From the NCBI GenBank assembly GCA_965235115.1, contig OZ249436.1, forward strand, positions 24,492,001-24,556,000: a DNA stretch of 64,000 nt, read 5' to 3'. The notes below the pieces were generated by a model. It saw only the letters and a program-made list of their open reading frames with translations, did no database searches and was not told the origin of the DNA. Source of the DNA: Laetmonice hystrix (Eukaryota). The position numbers and the translations under genes are program-made. Of this stretch, positions 24,479 to 39,400 are shown piece after piece. Within the stretch, counting starts at the first letter, position 1. Every line of letters begins with the position of its first letter.

Positions 24479-27400
24479 CATATAATGCTCCCAGCCTAAG
24501 ACGATGTTGCAATTAATTTAAGATTAACAAGATGCACTAGTAATCCGATCCAAGCCTAATTACGTCATTGCTAGTTTCATAACCAAATCTCACAGAAAAT
24601 ACCCCACCCGCGCACATAACCTGAAAATATTTAACTTTTATCTCCAATGTATCCCTGTGCACCTAGTAGCACACAAGCGGGCCCAATTTTGACATCCCAA
24701 CACAAATACCGCAAATACCCGCCTAATGGCACAAAAAACTTTCTACCCCGTTGCAAGTCACATTAGCGTGCTGCTTGTCGTAAAAAATGGTGCAGACCAT
24801 TTCTAAAGTCACAGTACCCCACTCCCGGCCTAATATTACGTTTCAGTATCCATATACGCTGCAAGCGGCAGGAACTCGAATACAGGCCTAAAAGTAACCT
24901 CAGTCTAGCAATATCATACTCCCATGCCATATACGAGCTTGTAATTATCTTTAATTAATGGGCTCCGCAGCACCAACCCACTGCATTAACATTTGTTTAA
25001 CAGCTTAACGCACCTTGTAAAATTTTTTCAAGTGCGTAAAAATGCGTGTCCACCTCCACATACTTTAAAAATCACTATACCCACCCAGCGACATCCACTC
25101 TAATACACGCCTAAAAGGAACTTCACTGTCCCATTTGATTCTCCAGCACGTATAGGATGTTTCAAGTAACATTCATCCACGGTCTGGCCCAATAACGTGC
25201 AGCAAGGCATAGTAAGTCAATGCGAGCTCGCATGTCAAACCTAACCCGCCCCCAAGCACATGAGCTGAAAATATTCAAATAGCTTGAAAACTAGAATATA
25301 GCTTTGCTTAATACCATTATACCATCAACTCGCATTACAGGCCTAATGCGAAGCTCCCAGCCTAAAACGAGTTTCCAATTAATTTAAAGTTAACAAGATG
25401 CACTAATAATCGATTCCAAGCCTAATTAGGCCATTGCTAGTTGGATAACCAAATCTCATACAAAATACACCCTCCCGGCAGATGACCTGAGAATATTCAA
25501 CTCTTATGTCCGATATATCCCTGTCCGCTTAGTAGCACCCAGCCGGGCCCCCATTTTGACATTGCAACACCAATACAGCAAGTGCCCAGCTAACAGCACA
25601 AATAACAGGATTCAGGGCTTCCTACCACGTTACAAGTCACAATAGATTGCTGCCTGTCGTAAAAATATACCAGACCATTTTAAAAAGTCACAGAACCCCA
25701 ATCCGGCCCTAATATGTCACTCCCAGTACCAATACACGCTGGAAGCACCATCAACTGAAATTCAGGCCTAGAACCCACCTCTCTCTACCAATATCATGCA
25801 CCTAGTCTGTATACGAGGTTGTAATTTACTTTAATCAACGGGCTGCGCCGCAGCAACCCACTCTGGTCTTTGCAATCTTTTTCAATATGCGTTAACATTT
25901 GTGACCAGCTCAACGCGCCTTGTAAAATTTTTCAAAGTGCGTAAAAGTGTGTGTCCACCCCGACACGCTTTCCAAACCACTATACCCACCGAGCGACATC
26001 CACTCAAATACAGGCTTCGACCGATCCTCACTGTGCCAATAATCCGCCACAAGGCAAATTCAGTCAATGCAAGCTGGAAAATCGAATGTCAAACCTAATG
26101 CTCCCCCCCCCCCAGCACGTTAACTGAAAAAAATCAACTAGCTTGAAAACTAGAATATAGCTTTGTTTAGCTAACAATCTACTCTCCCAGCGCCATCAAC
26201 TCGCATACAGGCGTAAAAGCAAACGCACTGCCCCATATAATGCTCCCAGCCTAAGACGATGTTGCAATTAATTTAAGATTAACAAGATGCACTAGTAATC
26301 CGATCCAAGCCTAATTACGTCATTGCTAGTTTCATAACCAAATCTCACAGAAAATACCCCACCCGCGCACATAACCTGAAAATATTCAACTTTTATCTCC
26401 AATGTATCCCTGTGCACCTAGTAGCACCCAAGCGGGCCCAATTTTGACATTCCAACACAAATACCGCAAATACCCGCCTAATGGCACAAAAAACTTTCTA
26501 CCCCGTTGCAAGTCACATTAGCTTGCTGCTTGTCGTAAAAAATGGTGCAGACCATTTCTAAAGTCACAGTACCCCACTCCCGGCCTAATATTACGTTTCA
26601 GTATCCATATACGCTGCAAGCGGCAAGAACTCGAATACAGGCCTAAAAGTAACCCCAGTCTAGCAATATCATACTCTCATGCCATATACGAGCTTGTAAT
26701 TATCTTTAATTAATGGGCTCCGCAGCACCAACCCACTGCATTAACATTTGTTTAACAGCTTGACGCACCTTGTAAAAATTTTTCAAGTGCGTAAAAATGC
26801 GTGTCCACCTCCACATACTTTAAAAATCACTATACCCACCCAGCGACATTCACTCTAATACACGCCTAAGAGGAACTTCACTGTCCCATTTGATTCTCCA
26901 GCACGTATAGGATGTTTCAAGTAACATTCATCCACGGTCTGGCCCAATAACGTGCAACAAGGCATAGTAAGTCAATGCGAGCTCGCATGTCAAACCTAAC
27001 CCGCCCCCCAGCACATGAGCTGAAAATATTCAAATAGCTTGAAAACTAGAATATAGCTTTGCTTAATACCATTATACCATCAACTCGCATTACAGGCCTA
27101 ATGCGAAGCTCCCAGCCTAAAACGAGTTTCCAATTAATTTAAAGTTAACAAGATGCACTAATAATCGATTCCAAGCCTAATTAGGCCATTGCTAGTTGGA
27201 TAACCAAATCTCATACAAAATACACCCTCCCGGCAGATGACCTGAGAATATTCAACTCTTATGTCCGATATATCCCTGTCCGCTTTGTAGCACCCAGCCG
27301 GGCCCCCATTTTGACATTGCAACACCAATACAGCAAGTGCCCAGCTAACAGCACAAATAACAGGATTCAGGGCTTCCTACCACGTTACAAGTCACAATAG

Positions 27401-30400
27401 ATTGCTGCCTGTCGTAAAAATATACCAGACCATTTTAAAAAGTCACAGAACCCCAATCCGGCCCTAATATGTCACTCCCAGTACCAATACACTCTGGAAG
27501 CACCATCAACTGAAATTCAGGCCTAGAACCCACCTCTCTCTACCAATATCATGCACCTAGTCCGTATACGAGGTTGTAATTTACTTTAATCAACGGGCTG
27601 CGCCGCAGCAACCCACTCTGGTCTTTGCAATCTTTTTCAATATGCGTTAACATTTGTAACCAGCTCAACGCGCCTTGTAAAATTTTTCAAAGTGCGTAAA
27701 AGTGTGTGTCCACCCCGACACGCTTTCCAAACCACTATACCCACCGAGCGACATCCACTCAAATACAGGCTTCGACCGATCCTCACTGTGCCAATAATCC
27801 GCCACAAGGCAAATTCAGTCAATGCAAGCTGGAAAATCGAATGTCAAACCTAATACTCCCCCCCCCCCAGCACGTTAACTGAAAATAATCAACTAGCTTG
27901 AAAACTAGAATATAGCTTTGTTTAGCTAACAATCTACTCTCCCAGCGCCATCAACTCGCATACAGGCGTAAAAGCAAACGCACTGCCCCATATAATGCTC
28001 CCAGCCTAAAACGATGTTGCAATTAATTTAAAATTAACAAGATGCACTAGTAATCCGATCCAAGCTTAATTACGTCATTGCTAGTTTCATAACCAAATCT
28101 CACAGAAAATACCCCACCCGGGCACATAACCTGAAAATATTCAACTTTTATCTCCAATGTATCCCTGTGCACCTAGTAGCACCCAAGCGGGCCCAATTTT
28201 GACATCCCAACACAAATACCGCAAATACCCGCCTAATGGCACAAAAAACTTTCTACCCCGTTGCAAGTCACATTAGCGTGCTGCTTGTCGTAAAAAATGG
28301 TGCAGACCATTTCTAAAGTCACAGTACCCCACTCCCGGCCTAATATTACGTTTCAGTATCCATATACGCTGCAAGCGGCAGGAACTCGAATACAGGCCTA
28401 AAAGTAACCTCAGTCTAGCAATATCATACTCCCATGCCATATACGAGCTTGTAATTATCTTTAATTAATGGGCTCCGCAGCACCAACCCACTGCATTAAC
28501 ATTTGTTTAACAGCTTAACACACCTTGTAAAATTTTTTCAAGTGCGTAAAAATGCGTGTCCACCTCCACATACTTTAAAAATCACTATACCCACCCAGCG
28601 ACATCCACTCTAATACACGCCTAAAAGGAACTTCACTGTCCCATTTGATTCTCCAGCACGTATAGGATGTTTCAAGTAACATTCATCCACGGTCTGGCCC
28701 AATAACGTGCAACAAGGCATAGTAAGTCAATGCGAGCTCGCATGTCAAACCTAACCCGCCCCCAAGCACATGAGCTGAAAATATTCAAATAGCTTGAAAA
28801 CTAGAATATAGCTTTGCTTAATACCATTATACCATCAACTCGCATTACAGGCCTAATGCGAAGCTCCCAGCCTAAAACGAGTTTCCAATTAATTTAAAGT
28901 TAACAAGATGCACTAATAATCGATTCCAAGCCTAATTAGGCCATTGCTAGTTGGATAACCAAATCTCATACAAAATACACCCTCCCGGCAGATGACCTGA
29001 GAATATTCAACTCTTATGTCCGATATATCCCTGTCCGCTTAGTAGCACCCAGCCGGGCCCCCATTTTGACATTGCAACACCAATACAGCAAGTGCCCAGC
29101 TAACAGCACAAATAACAGGATTCAGGGCTTCCTACCACGTTACAAGTCACAATAGATTGCTGCCTGTCGTAAAAATATACCAGACCATTTTAAAAAGTCA
29201 CAGAACCCCAATCCGGCCCTAATATGTCACTCCCAGTACCAATAGACGCTGGAAGCACCATCAACTGAAATTCAGGCCTAGAACCCACCTCTCTCTACCA
29301 ATATCATGCACCTAGTCCGTATACGAGGTTGTAATTTCCTTTAATCAACGGGCTGCGCCGCAGCAACCCACTCTGGTCTTTGCAATCTTTTTCAATATGC
29401 GTTAACATTTGTGACCAGCTCAACGCGCCTTGTAAAATTTTTCAAAGTGCGTAAAAGTGTGTGTCCACCCCGACACGCTTTCCAAACCACTATACCCACC
29501 GAGCGACATCCACTCAAATACAGGCTTCGACCGATCCTCACTGTGCCAATAATCCGCCACAAGGCAAATTCAGTCAATGCAAGCTGGAAAATCGAATGTC
29601 AAACCTAATGCTCCCCCCCCAGCACGTTAACTGAAAAAAATCAACTAGCTTGAAAACTAGAATATAGCTTTGTTTAGCTAACAATCTACTCTCCCAGCGC
29701 CATCAACTCGCATACAGGCGTAAAAGCAAACGCACTGCCCCATATAATGCTCCCAGCATAAAACGATGTTGCAATTAATTTAAAATTAACAAGATGCACT
29801 AGTAATCCGATCCAAGCTTAATTACGTCATTGCTAGTTTCATAACCAAATCTCACAGAAAATACCCCACCCGGGCACATAACCTGAAAATATTCAACTTT
29901 TATCTCCAATGTATCCCTGTGCACCTAGTAGCACCCAAGCGGGCCCAATTTTGACATTCCAACACAAATACCGCAAATACCCGCCTAATGGCACAAAAAA
30001 CTTTCTACCCCGTTGCAAGTCACATTAGCTTGCTGCTTGTCGTAAAAAATGGTGCAGACCATTTCTAAAGTCACAGTACCCCACTCCCGGCCTAATATTA
30101 CGTTTCAGTATCCATATACGCTGCAAGCGGCAGGAACTCGAATACAGGCCTAAAAGTAACCCCAGTCTAGCAATATCATACTCTCATGCCATATACGAGC
30201 TTGTAATTATCTTTAATTAATGGGCTCCGCAGCACCAACCCACTGCATTAACATTTGTTTAACAGCTTAACGCACCTTGTAAAAAAATTTTCAAGTGCGT
30301 AAAAATGCGTGTCCACCTCCACATACTTTAAAAATCACTATACCCACCCAGCGACATTCACTCTAATACACGCCTAAGAGGAACTTCACTGTCCCATTTG

Positions 30401-33400
30401 ATTCTCCAGCACGTATAGGATGTTTCAAGTAACATTTATCCACGGTCTGGCCCAATAACGTGCAACAAGGCATAGTAAGTCAATGCGAGCTCGCATGTCA
30501 AACCTAACCCGCCCCCCAGCACATGAGCTGAAAATATTCAAATAGCTTGAAAACTAGAATATAGCTTTGCTTAATACCATTATACCATCAACTCGCATTA
30601 CAGGCCTAATGCGAAGCTCCCAGCCTAAAACGAGTTTCCAATTAATTTAAAGTTAACAAGATGCACTAATAATCGATTCCAAGCCTAATTAGGCCATTGC
30701 TAGTTGGATAACCAAATCTCATACAAAATACACCCTCCCGGCAGATGACCTGAGAATATTCAACTCTTATGTCCGATATATCCCTGTCCGCTTAGTAGCA
30801 CCCAGCCGGGCCCCCATTTTGACATTGCAACACCAATACAGCAAGTGCCCAGCTAACAGCACAAATAACAGGATTCAGGGCTTCCTACCACGTTACAAGT
30901 CACAATAGATTGCTGCCTGTCGTAAAAATATACCAGACCATTTTAAAAAGTCACAGAACCCCAATCCGGCCCTAATATGTCACTCCCAGTACCAATACAC
31001 GCTGGAAGCACCATCAACTGAAATTCAGGCCTAGAACCCACCTCTCTCTACCAATATCATGCACCTAGTCCGTATACGAGGTTGTAATTTACTTTAATCA
31101 ACGGGCTGCGCCGCAGCAACCCACTCTGGTCTTTGCAATCTTTTTCAATATGCGTTAACATTTGTAACCAGCTCAACGCGCCTTGTAAAATTTTTCAAAG
31201 TGCGTAAAAGTGTGTGTCCACCCCGACACGCTTTCCAAACCACTATACCCACCGAGCGACATCCACTCAAATACAGGCTTCGACCGATCCTCACTGTGCC
31301 AATAATCCGCCACAAGGCAAATTCAGTCAATGCAAGCTGGAAAATCGAATGTCAAACCTAATGCTCCCCCCCCCCCCAGCACGTTAACTGAAAATAATCA
31401 ACTAGCTTGAAAACTAGAATATAGCTTTGTTAAGCTAACAATCTACTCTCCCAGCGCCATCAACTCGCATACAGGCGTAAAAGCAAACGCACTGCCCCAT
31501 ATAATGCTTCCAGCCTAAAACGATGTTGCAATTAATTTAAAATTAACAAGATGCACTAGTAATCCGATCCAAGCCTAATTACGTCATTGCTAGTTTCATA
31601 ACCAAATCTCACAGAAAATACCCCACCCGCGCACATAACCTGAAAATATTCAACTTTTATCTCCAATGTATCCCTGTGCACCTAGTAGCACCCAAGCGGG
31701 CCCAATTTTGACATTCCAACACAAATACCGCAAATACCCGCCTAATGGCACAAAAAACTTTCTACCCCGTTGCAAGTCACATTAGCTTGCTGCTTGTCGT
31801 AAAAAATGGTGCAGACCATTTCTAAAGTCACAGTACCCCACTCCCGGCCTAATATTACGTTTCAGTATCCATATACGCTGCAAGCGGCAGGAACTCGAAT
31901 ACAGGCCTAAAAGTAACCCCAGTCTAGCAATATCATACTCTCATGCCATATACGAGCTTGTAATTATCTTTAATTAATGGGCTCCGCAGCACCAACCCAC
32001 TGCATTAACATTTGTTTAACAGCTTAACGCACCTTGTAAAAAATTTTCAAGTGCGTAAAAATGCGTGTCCACCTCCACATACTTTAAAAATCACTATACC
32101 CACCCAGCGACATTCACTCTAATACACGCCTAAGAGGAACTTCACTGTCCCATTTGATTCTCCAGCACGTATAGGATGTTTCAAGTAACATTTATCCACG
32201 GTCTGGCCCAATAACGTGCAACAAGGCATAGTAAGTCAATGCGACCTCGCATGTCAAACCTAACCCGCCCCCCAGCACATGAGCTGGAGATATTCAAATA
32301 GCTTGAAAACTAGAATATAGCTTTGCTTAATACCATTATACCATCAACTCGCATTACAGGCCTAATGCGAAGCTCCCAGCCTAAAACGAGTTTCCAATTA
32401 ATTTAAAGTTAACAAGATGCACTAATAATCGATTCCAAGCCTAATTAGGCCATTGCTAGTTGGATAACCAAATCTCATACAAAATACACCCTCCCGGCAG
32501 ATGACCTGAGAATATTCAACTCTTATGTCCGATATATCCCTGTCCGCTTAGTAGCACCCAGCCGGGCCCCCATTTTGACATTGCAACACCAATACAGCAA
32601 GTGCCCAGCTAACAGCACAAATAACAGGATTCAGGGCTTCCTACCACGTTACAAGTCACAATAGATTGCTGCCTGTCGTAAAAATATACCAGACCATTTT
32701 AAAAAGTCACAGAACCCCAATCCGGCCCTAATATGTCACTCCCAGTACCAATAGACGCTGGAAGCACCATCAACTGAAATTCAGGCCTAGAACCCACCTC
32801 TCTCTACCAATATCATGCACCTAGTCCGTATACGAGGTTGTAATTTACTTTAATCAACGGGCTGCGCCGCAGCAACCCACTCTGGTCTTTGCAATCTTTT
32901 TCAATATGCGTTAACATTTGTGACCAGCTCAACGCGCCTTGTAAAATTTTTCAAAGTGCGTAAAAGTGTGTGTCCACCCCGACACGCTTTCCAAACCACT
33001 ATACCCACCGAGCGACATCCACTCAAATACAGGCTTCGACCGATCCTCACTGTGCCAATAATCCGCCACAAGGCAAATTCAGTCAATGCAAGCTGGAAAA
33101 TCGAATGTCAAACCTAATGCTCCCCCCCCCCAGCACGTTAACTGAAAATAATCAACTAGCTTGAAAACTAGAATATAGCTTTGTTAAGCTAACAATCTAC
33201 TCTCCCAGCGCCATCAACTCGCATACAGGCGTAAAAGCAAACGCACTGCCCCATATAATGCTCCCAGCCTAAAACGATGTTGCAATTAATTTAAAATTAA
33301 CAAGATGCACTAGTAATCCGATCCAAGCCTAATTACGTCATTGCTAGTTTCATAACCAAATCTCACAGAAAATACCCCACCCGCGCACATAACCTGAAAA

Positions 33401-36400
33401 TATTCAACTTTTATCTCCAATGTATCCCTGTGCACCTAGTAGCACCCAAGCGGGCCCAATTTTGACATTCCAACACAAATACCGCAAATACCCGCCTAAT
33501 GGCACAAAAAACTTTCTACCCCGTTGCAAGTCACATTAGCTTGCTGCTTGTCGTAAAAAATGGTGCAGACCATTTCTAAAGTCACAGTACCCCACTCCCG
33601 GCCTAATATTACGTTTCAGTATCCATATACGCTGCAAGCGGCAGGAACTCGAATACAGGCCTAAAAGTAACCCCAGTCTAGCAATATCATACTCTCATGC
33701 CATATACGAGCTTGTAATTATCTTTAATTAATGGGCTCCGCAGCACCAACCCACTGCATTAACATTTGTTTAACAGCTTAACGCACCTTGTAAAAAATTT
33801 TCAAGTGCGTAAAAATGCGTGTCCACCTCCACATACTTTAAAAATCACTATACCCACCCAGCGACATTCACTCTAATACACGCCTAAGAGGAACTTCACT
33901 GTCCCATTTGATTCTCCAGCACGTATAGGATGTTTCAAGTAACATTTATCCACGGTCTGGCCCAATAACGTGCAACAAGGCATAGTAAGTCAATGCGACC
34001 TCGCATGTCAAACCTAACCCGCCCCCCAGCACATGAGCTGGAGATATTCAAATAGCTTGAAAACTAGAATATAGCTTTGCTTAATACCATTATACCATCA
34101 ACTCGCATTACAGGCCTAATGCGAAGCTCCCAGCCTAAAACGAGTTTCCAATTAATTTAAAGTTAACAAGATGCACTAATAATCGATTCCAAGCCTAATT
34201 AGGCCATTGCTAGTTGGATAACCAAATCTCATACAAAATACACCCTCCCGGCAGATGACCTGAGAATATTCAACTCTTATGTCCGATATATCCCTGTCCG
34301 CTTAGTAGCACCCAGCCGGGCCCCCATTTTGACATTGCAACACCAATACAGCAAGTGCCCAGCTAACAGCACAAATAACAGGATTCAGGGCTTCCTACCA
34401 CGTTACAAGTCACAATAGATTGCTGCCTGTCGTAAAAATATACCAGACCATTTTAAAAAGTCACAGAACCCCAATCCGGCCCTAATATGTCACTCCCAGT
34501 ACCAATAGACGCTGGAAGCACCATCAACTGAAATTCAGGCCTAGAACCCACCTCTCTCTACCAATATCATGCACCTAGTCCGTATACGAGGTTGTAATTT
34601 ACTTTAATCAACGGGCTGCGCCGCAGCAACCCACTCTGGTCTTTGCAATCTTTTTCAATATGCGTTAACATTTGTGACCAGCTCAACGCGCCTTGTAAAA
34701 TTTTTCAAAGTGCGTAAAAGTGTGTGTCCACCCCGACACGCTTTCCAAACCACTATACCCACCGAGCGACATCCACTCAAATACAGGCTTCGACCGATCC
34801 TCACTGTGCCAATAATCCGCCACAAGGCAAATTCAGTCAATGCAAGCTGGAAAATCGAATGTCAAACCTAATGCTCCCCCCCCAGCACGTTAACTGAAAA
34901 AAATCAACTAGCTTGAAAACTAGAATATAGCTTTGTTTAGCTAACAATCTACTCTCCCAGCGCCATCAACTCGCATACAGGCGTAAAAGCAAACGCACTG
35001 CCCCATATAATGCTCCCAGCCTAAGACGATGTTGCAATTAATTTAAGATTAACAAGATGCACTAGTAATCCGATCCAAGCCTAATTACGTCATTGCTAGT
35101 TTCATAACCAAATCTCACAGAAAATACCCCACCCGCGCACATAACCTGAAAATATTTAACTTTTATCTCCAATGTATCCCTGTGCACCTAGTAGCACACA
35201 AGCGGGCCCAATTTTGACATCCCAACACAAATACCGCAAATACCCGCCTAATGGCACAAAAAACTTTCTACCCCGTTGCAAGTCACATTAGCGTCCTGCT
35301 TGTCGTAAAAAATGGTGCAGACCATTTCTAAAGTCACAGTACCCCACTCCCGGCCTAATATTACGTTTCAGTATCCATATACGCTGCAAGCGGCAGGAAC
35401 TCGAATACAGGCCTAAAAGTAACCTCAGTCTAGCAATATCATACTCCCATGCCATATACGAGCTTGTAATTATCTTTAATTAATGGGCTCCGCAGCACCA
35501 ACCCACTGCATTAACATTTGTTTAACAGCTTAACGCACCTTGTAAAATTTTTTCAAGTGCGTAAAAATGCGTGTCCACCTCCACATACTTTAAAAATCAC
35601 TATACCCACCCAGCGACATCCACTCTAATACACGCCTAAAAGGAACTTCACTGTCCCATTTGATTCTCCAGCACGTATAGGATGTTTCAAGTAACATTCA
35701 TCCACGGTCTGGCCCAATAACGTGCAGCAAGGCATAGTAAGTCAATGCGAGCTCGCATGTCAAACCTAACCCGCCCCCAAGCACATGAGCTGAAAATATT
35801 CAAATAGCTTGAAAACTAGAATATAGCTTTGCTTAATACCATTATACCATCAACTCGCATTACAGGCCTAATGCGAAGCTCCCAGCCTAAAACGAGTTTC
35901 CAATTAATTTAAAGTTAACAAGATGCACTAATAATCGATTCCAAGCCTAATTAGGCCATTGCTAGTTGGATAACCAAATCTCATACAAAATACACCCTCC
36001 CGGCAGATGACCTGAGAATATTCAACTCTTATGTCCGATATATCCCTGTCCGCTTAGTAGCACCCAGCCGGGCCCCCATTTTGACATTGCAACACCAATA
36101 CAGCAAGTGCCCAGCTAACAGCACAAATAACAGGATTCAGGGCTTCCTACCACGTTACAAGTCACAATAGATTGCTGCCTGTCGTAAAAATATACCAGAC
36201 CATTTTAAAAAGTCACAGAACCCCAATCCGGCCCTAATATGTCACTCCCAGTACCAATACACGCTGGAAGCACCATCAACTGAAATTCAGGCCTAGAACC
36301 CACCTCTCTCTACCAATATCATGCACCTAGTCCGTATACGAGGTTGTAATTTACTTTAATCAACGGGCTGCGCCGCAGCAACCCACTCTGGTCTTTGCAA

Positions 36401-39400
36401 TCTTTTTCAATATGCGTTAACATTTGTGACCAGCTCAACGCGCCTTGTAAAATTTTTCAAAGTGCGTAAAAGTGTGTGTCCACCCCGACACGCTTTCCAA
36501 ACCACTATACCCACCGAGCGACATCCACTCAAATACAGGCTTCGACCGATCCTCACTGTGCCAATAATCCGCCACAAGGCAAATTCAGTCAATGCAAGCT
36601 GGAAAATCGAATGTCAAACCTAATGCTCCCCCCCCAGCACGTTAACTGAAAAAAATCAACTAGCTTGAAAACTAGAATATAGCTTTGTTTAGCTAACAAT
36701 CTACTCTCCCAGCGCCATCAACTCGCATACAGGCGTAAAAGCAAACGCACTGCCCCATATAATGCTCCCAGCCTAAGACGATGTTGCAATTAATTTAAGA
36801 TTAACAAGATGCACTAGTAATCCGATCCAAGCCTAATTACGTCATTGCTAGTTTCATAACCAAATCTCACAGAAAATACCCCACCCGCGCACATAACCTG
36901 AAAATATTCAACTTTTATCTCCAATGTATCCCTGTGCACCTAGTAGCACCCAAGCGGGCCCAATTTTGACATTCCAACACAAATACCGCAAATACCCGCC
37001 TAATGGCACAAAAAACTTTCTACCCCGTTGCAAGTCACATTAGCTTGCTGCTTGTCGTAAAAAATGGTGCAGACCATTTCTAAAGTCACAGTACCCCACT
37101 CCCGGCCTAATATTACGTTTCAGTATCCATATACGCTGCAAGCGGCAAGAACTCGAATACAGGCCTAAAAGTAACCCCAGTCTAGCAATATCATACTCTC
37201 ATGCCATATACGAGCTTGTAATTATCTTTAATTAATGGGCTCCGCAGCACCAACCCACTGCATTAACATTTGTTTAACAGCTTGACGCACCTTGTAAAAA
37301 ATTTTCAAGTGCGTAAAAATGCGTGTCCACCTCCACATACTTTAAAAATCACTATACCCACCCAGCGACATTCACTCTAATACACGCCTAAGAGGAACTT
37401 CACTGTCCCATTTGATTCTCCAGCACGTATAGGATGTTTCAAGTAACATTCATCCACGGTCTGGCCCAATAACGTGCAACAAGGCATAGTAAGTCAATGC
37501 GAGCTCGCATGTCAAACCTAACCCGCCCCCCAGCACATGAGCTGAAAATATTCAAATAGCTTGAAAACTAGAATATAGCTTTGCTTAATACCATTATACC
37601 ATCAACTCGCATTACAGGCCTAATGCGAAGCTCCCAGCCTAAAACGAGTTTCCAATTAATTTAAAGTTAACAAGATGCACTAATAATCGATTCCAAGCCT
37701 AATTAGGCCATTGCTAGTTGGATAACCAAATCTCATACAAAATACACCCTCCCGGCAGATGACCTGAGAATATTCAACTCTTATGTCCGATATATCCCTG
37801 TCCGCTTTGTAGCACCCAGCCGGGCCCCCATTTTGACATTGCAACACCAATACAGCAAGTGCCCAGCTAACAGCACAAATAACAGGATTCAGGGCTTCCT
37901 ACCACGTTACAAGTCACAATAGATTGCTGCCTGTCGTAAAAATATACCAGACCATTTTAAAAAGTCACAGAACCCCAATCCGGCCCTAATATGTCACTCC
38001 CAGTACCAATACACTCTGGAAGCACCATCAACTGAAATTCAGGCCTAGAACCCACCTCTCTCTACCAATATCATGCACCTAGTCCGTATACGAGGTTGTA
38101 ATTTACTTTAATCAACGGGCTGCGCCGCAGCAACCCACTCTGGTCTTTGCAATCTTTTTCAATATGCGTTAACATTTGTAACCAGCTCAACGCGCCTTGT
38201 AAAATTTTTCAAAGTGCGTAAAAGTGTGTGTCCACCCCGACACGCTTTCCAAACCACTATACCCACCGAGCGACATCCACTCAAATACAGGCTTCGACCG
38301 ATCCTCACTGTGCCAATAATCCGCCACAAGGCAAATTCAGTCAATGCAAGCTGGAAAATCGAATGTCAAACCTAATACTCCCCCCCCCCCAGCACGTTAA
38401 CTGAAAATAATCAACTAGCTTGAAAACTAGAATATAGCTTTGTTTAGCTAACAATCTACTCTCCCAGCGCCATCAACTCGCATACAGGCGTAAAAGCAAA
38501 CGCACTGCCCCATATAATGCTCCCAGCCTAAAACGATGTTGCAATTAATTTAAAATTAACAAGATGCACTAGTAATCCGATCCAAGCTTAATTACGTCAT
38601 TGCTAGTTTCATAACCAAATCTCACAGAAAATACCCCACCCGGGCACATAACCTGAAAATATTCAACTTTTATCTCCAATGTATCCCTGTGCACCTAGTA
38701 GCACCCAAGCGGGCCCAATTTTGACATCCCAACACAAATACCGCAAATACCCGCCTAATGGCACAAAAAACTTTCTACCCCGTTGCAAGTCACATTAGCG
38801 TGCTGCTTGTCGTAAAAAATGGTGCAGACCATTTCTAAAGTCACAGTACCCCACTCCCGGCCTAATATTACGTTTCAGTATCCATATACGCTGCAAGCGG
38901 CAGGAACTCGAATACAGGCCTAAAAGTAACCTCAGTCTAGCAATATCATACTCCCATGCCATATACGAGCTTGTAATTATCTTTAATTAATGGGCTCCGC
39001 AGCACCAACCCACTGCATTAACATTTGTTTAACAGCTTAACACACCTTGTAAAATTTTTTCAAGTGCGTAAAAATGCGTGTCCACCTCCACATACTTTAA
39101 AAATCACTATACCCACCCAGCGACATCCACTCTAATACACGCCTAAAAGGAACTTCACTGTCCCATTTGATTCTCCAGCACGTATAGGATGTTTCAAGTA
39201 ACATTCATCCACGGTCTGGCCCAATAACGTGCAACAAGGCATAGTAAGTCAATGCGAGCTCGCATGTCAAACCTAACCCGCCCCCAAGCACATGAGCTGA
39301 AAATATTCAAATAGCTTGAAAACTAGAATATAGCTTTGCTTAATACCATTATACCATCAACTCGCATTACAGGCCTAATGCGAAGCTCCCAGCCTAAAAC

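Larger units (their letters stand above)
14760..25202. repeat. Local tandem duplication of a 3-unit (~5,222-bp) block; outer boundaries approximate
   Basis: Both copies carry the same 44-bp deletion (junctions 17358/9 and 22580/1) followed by the same d/c chimeric unit. The haplotype switch lies at 19980-20002. Confidence 0.85.
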
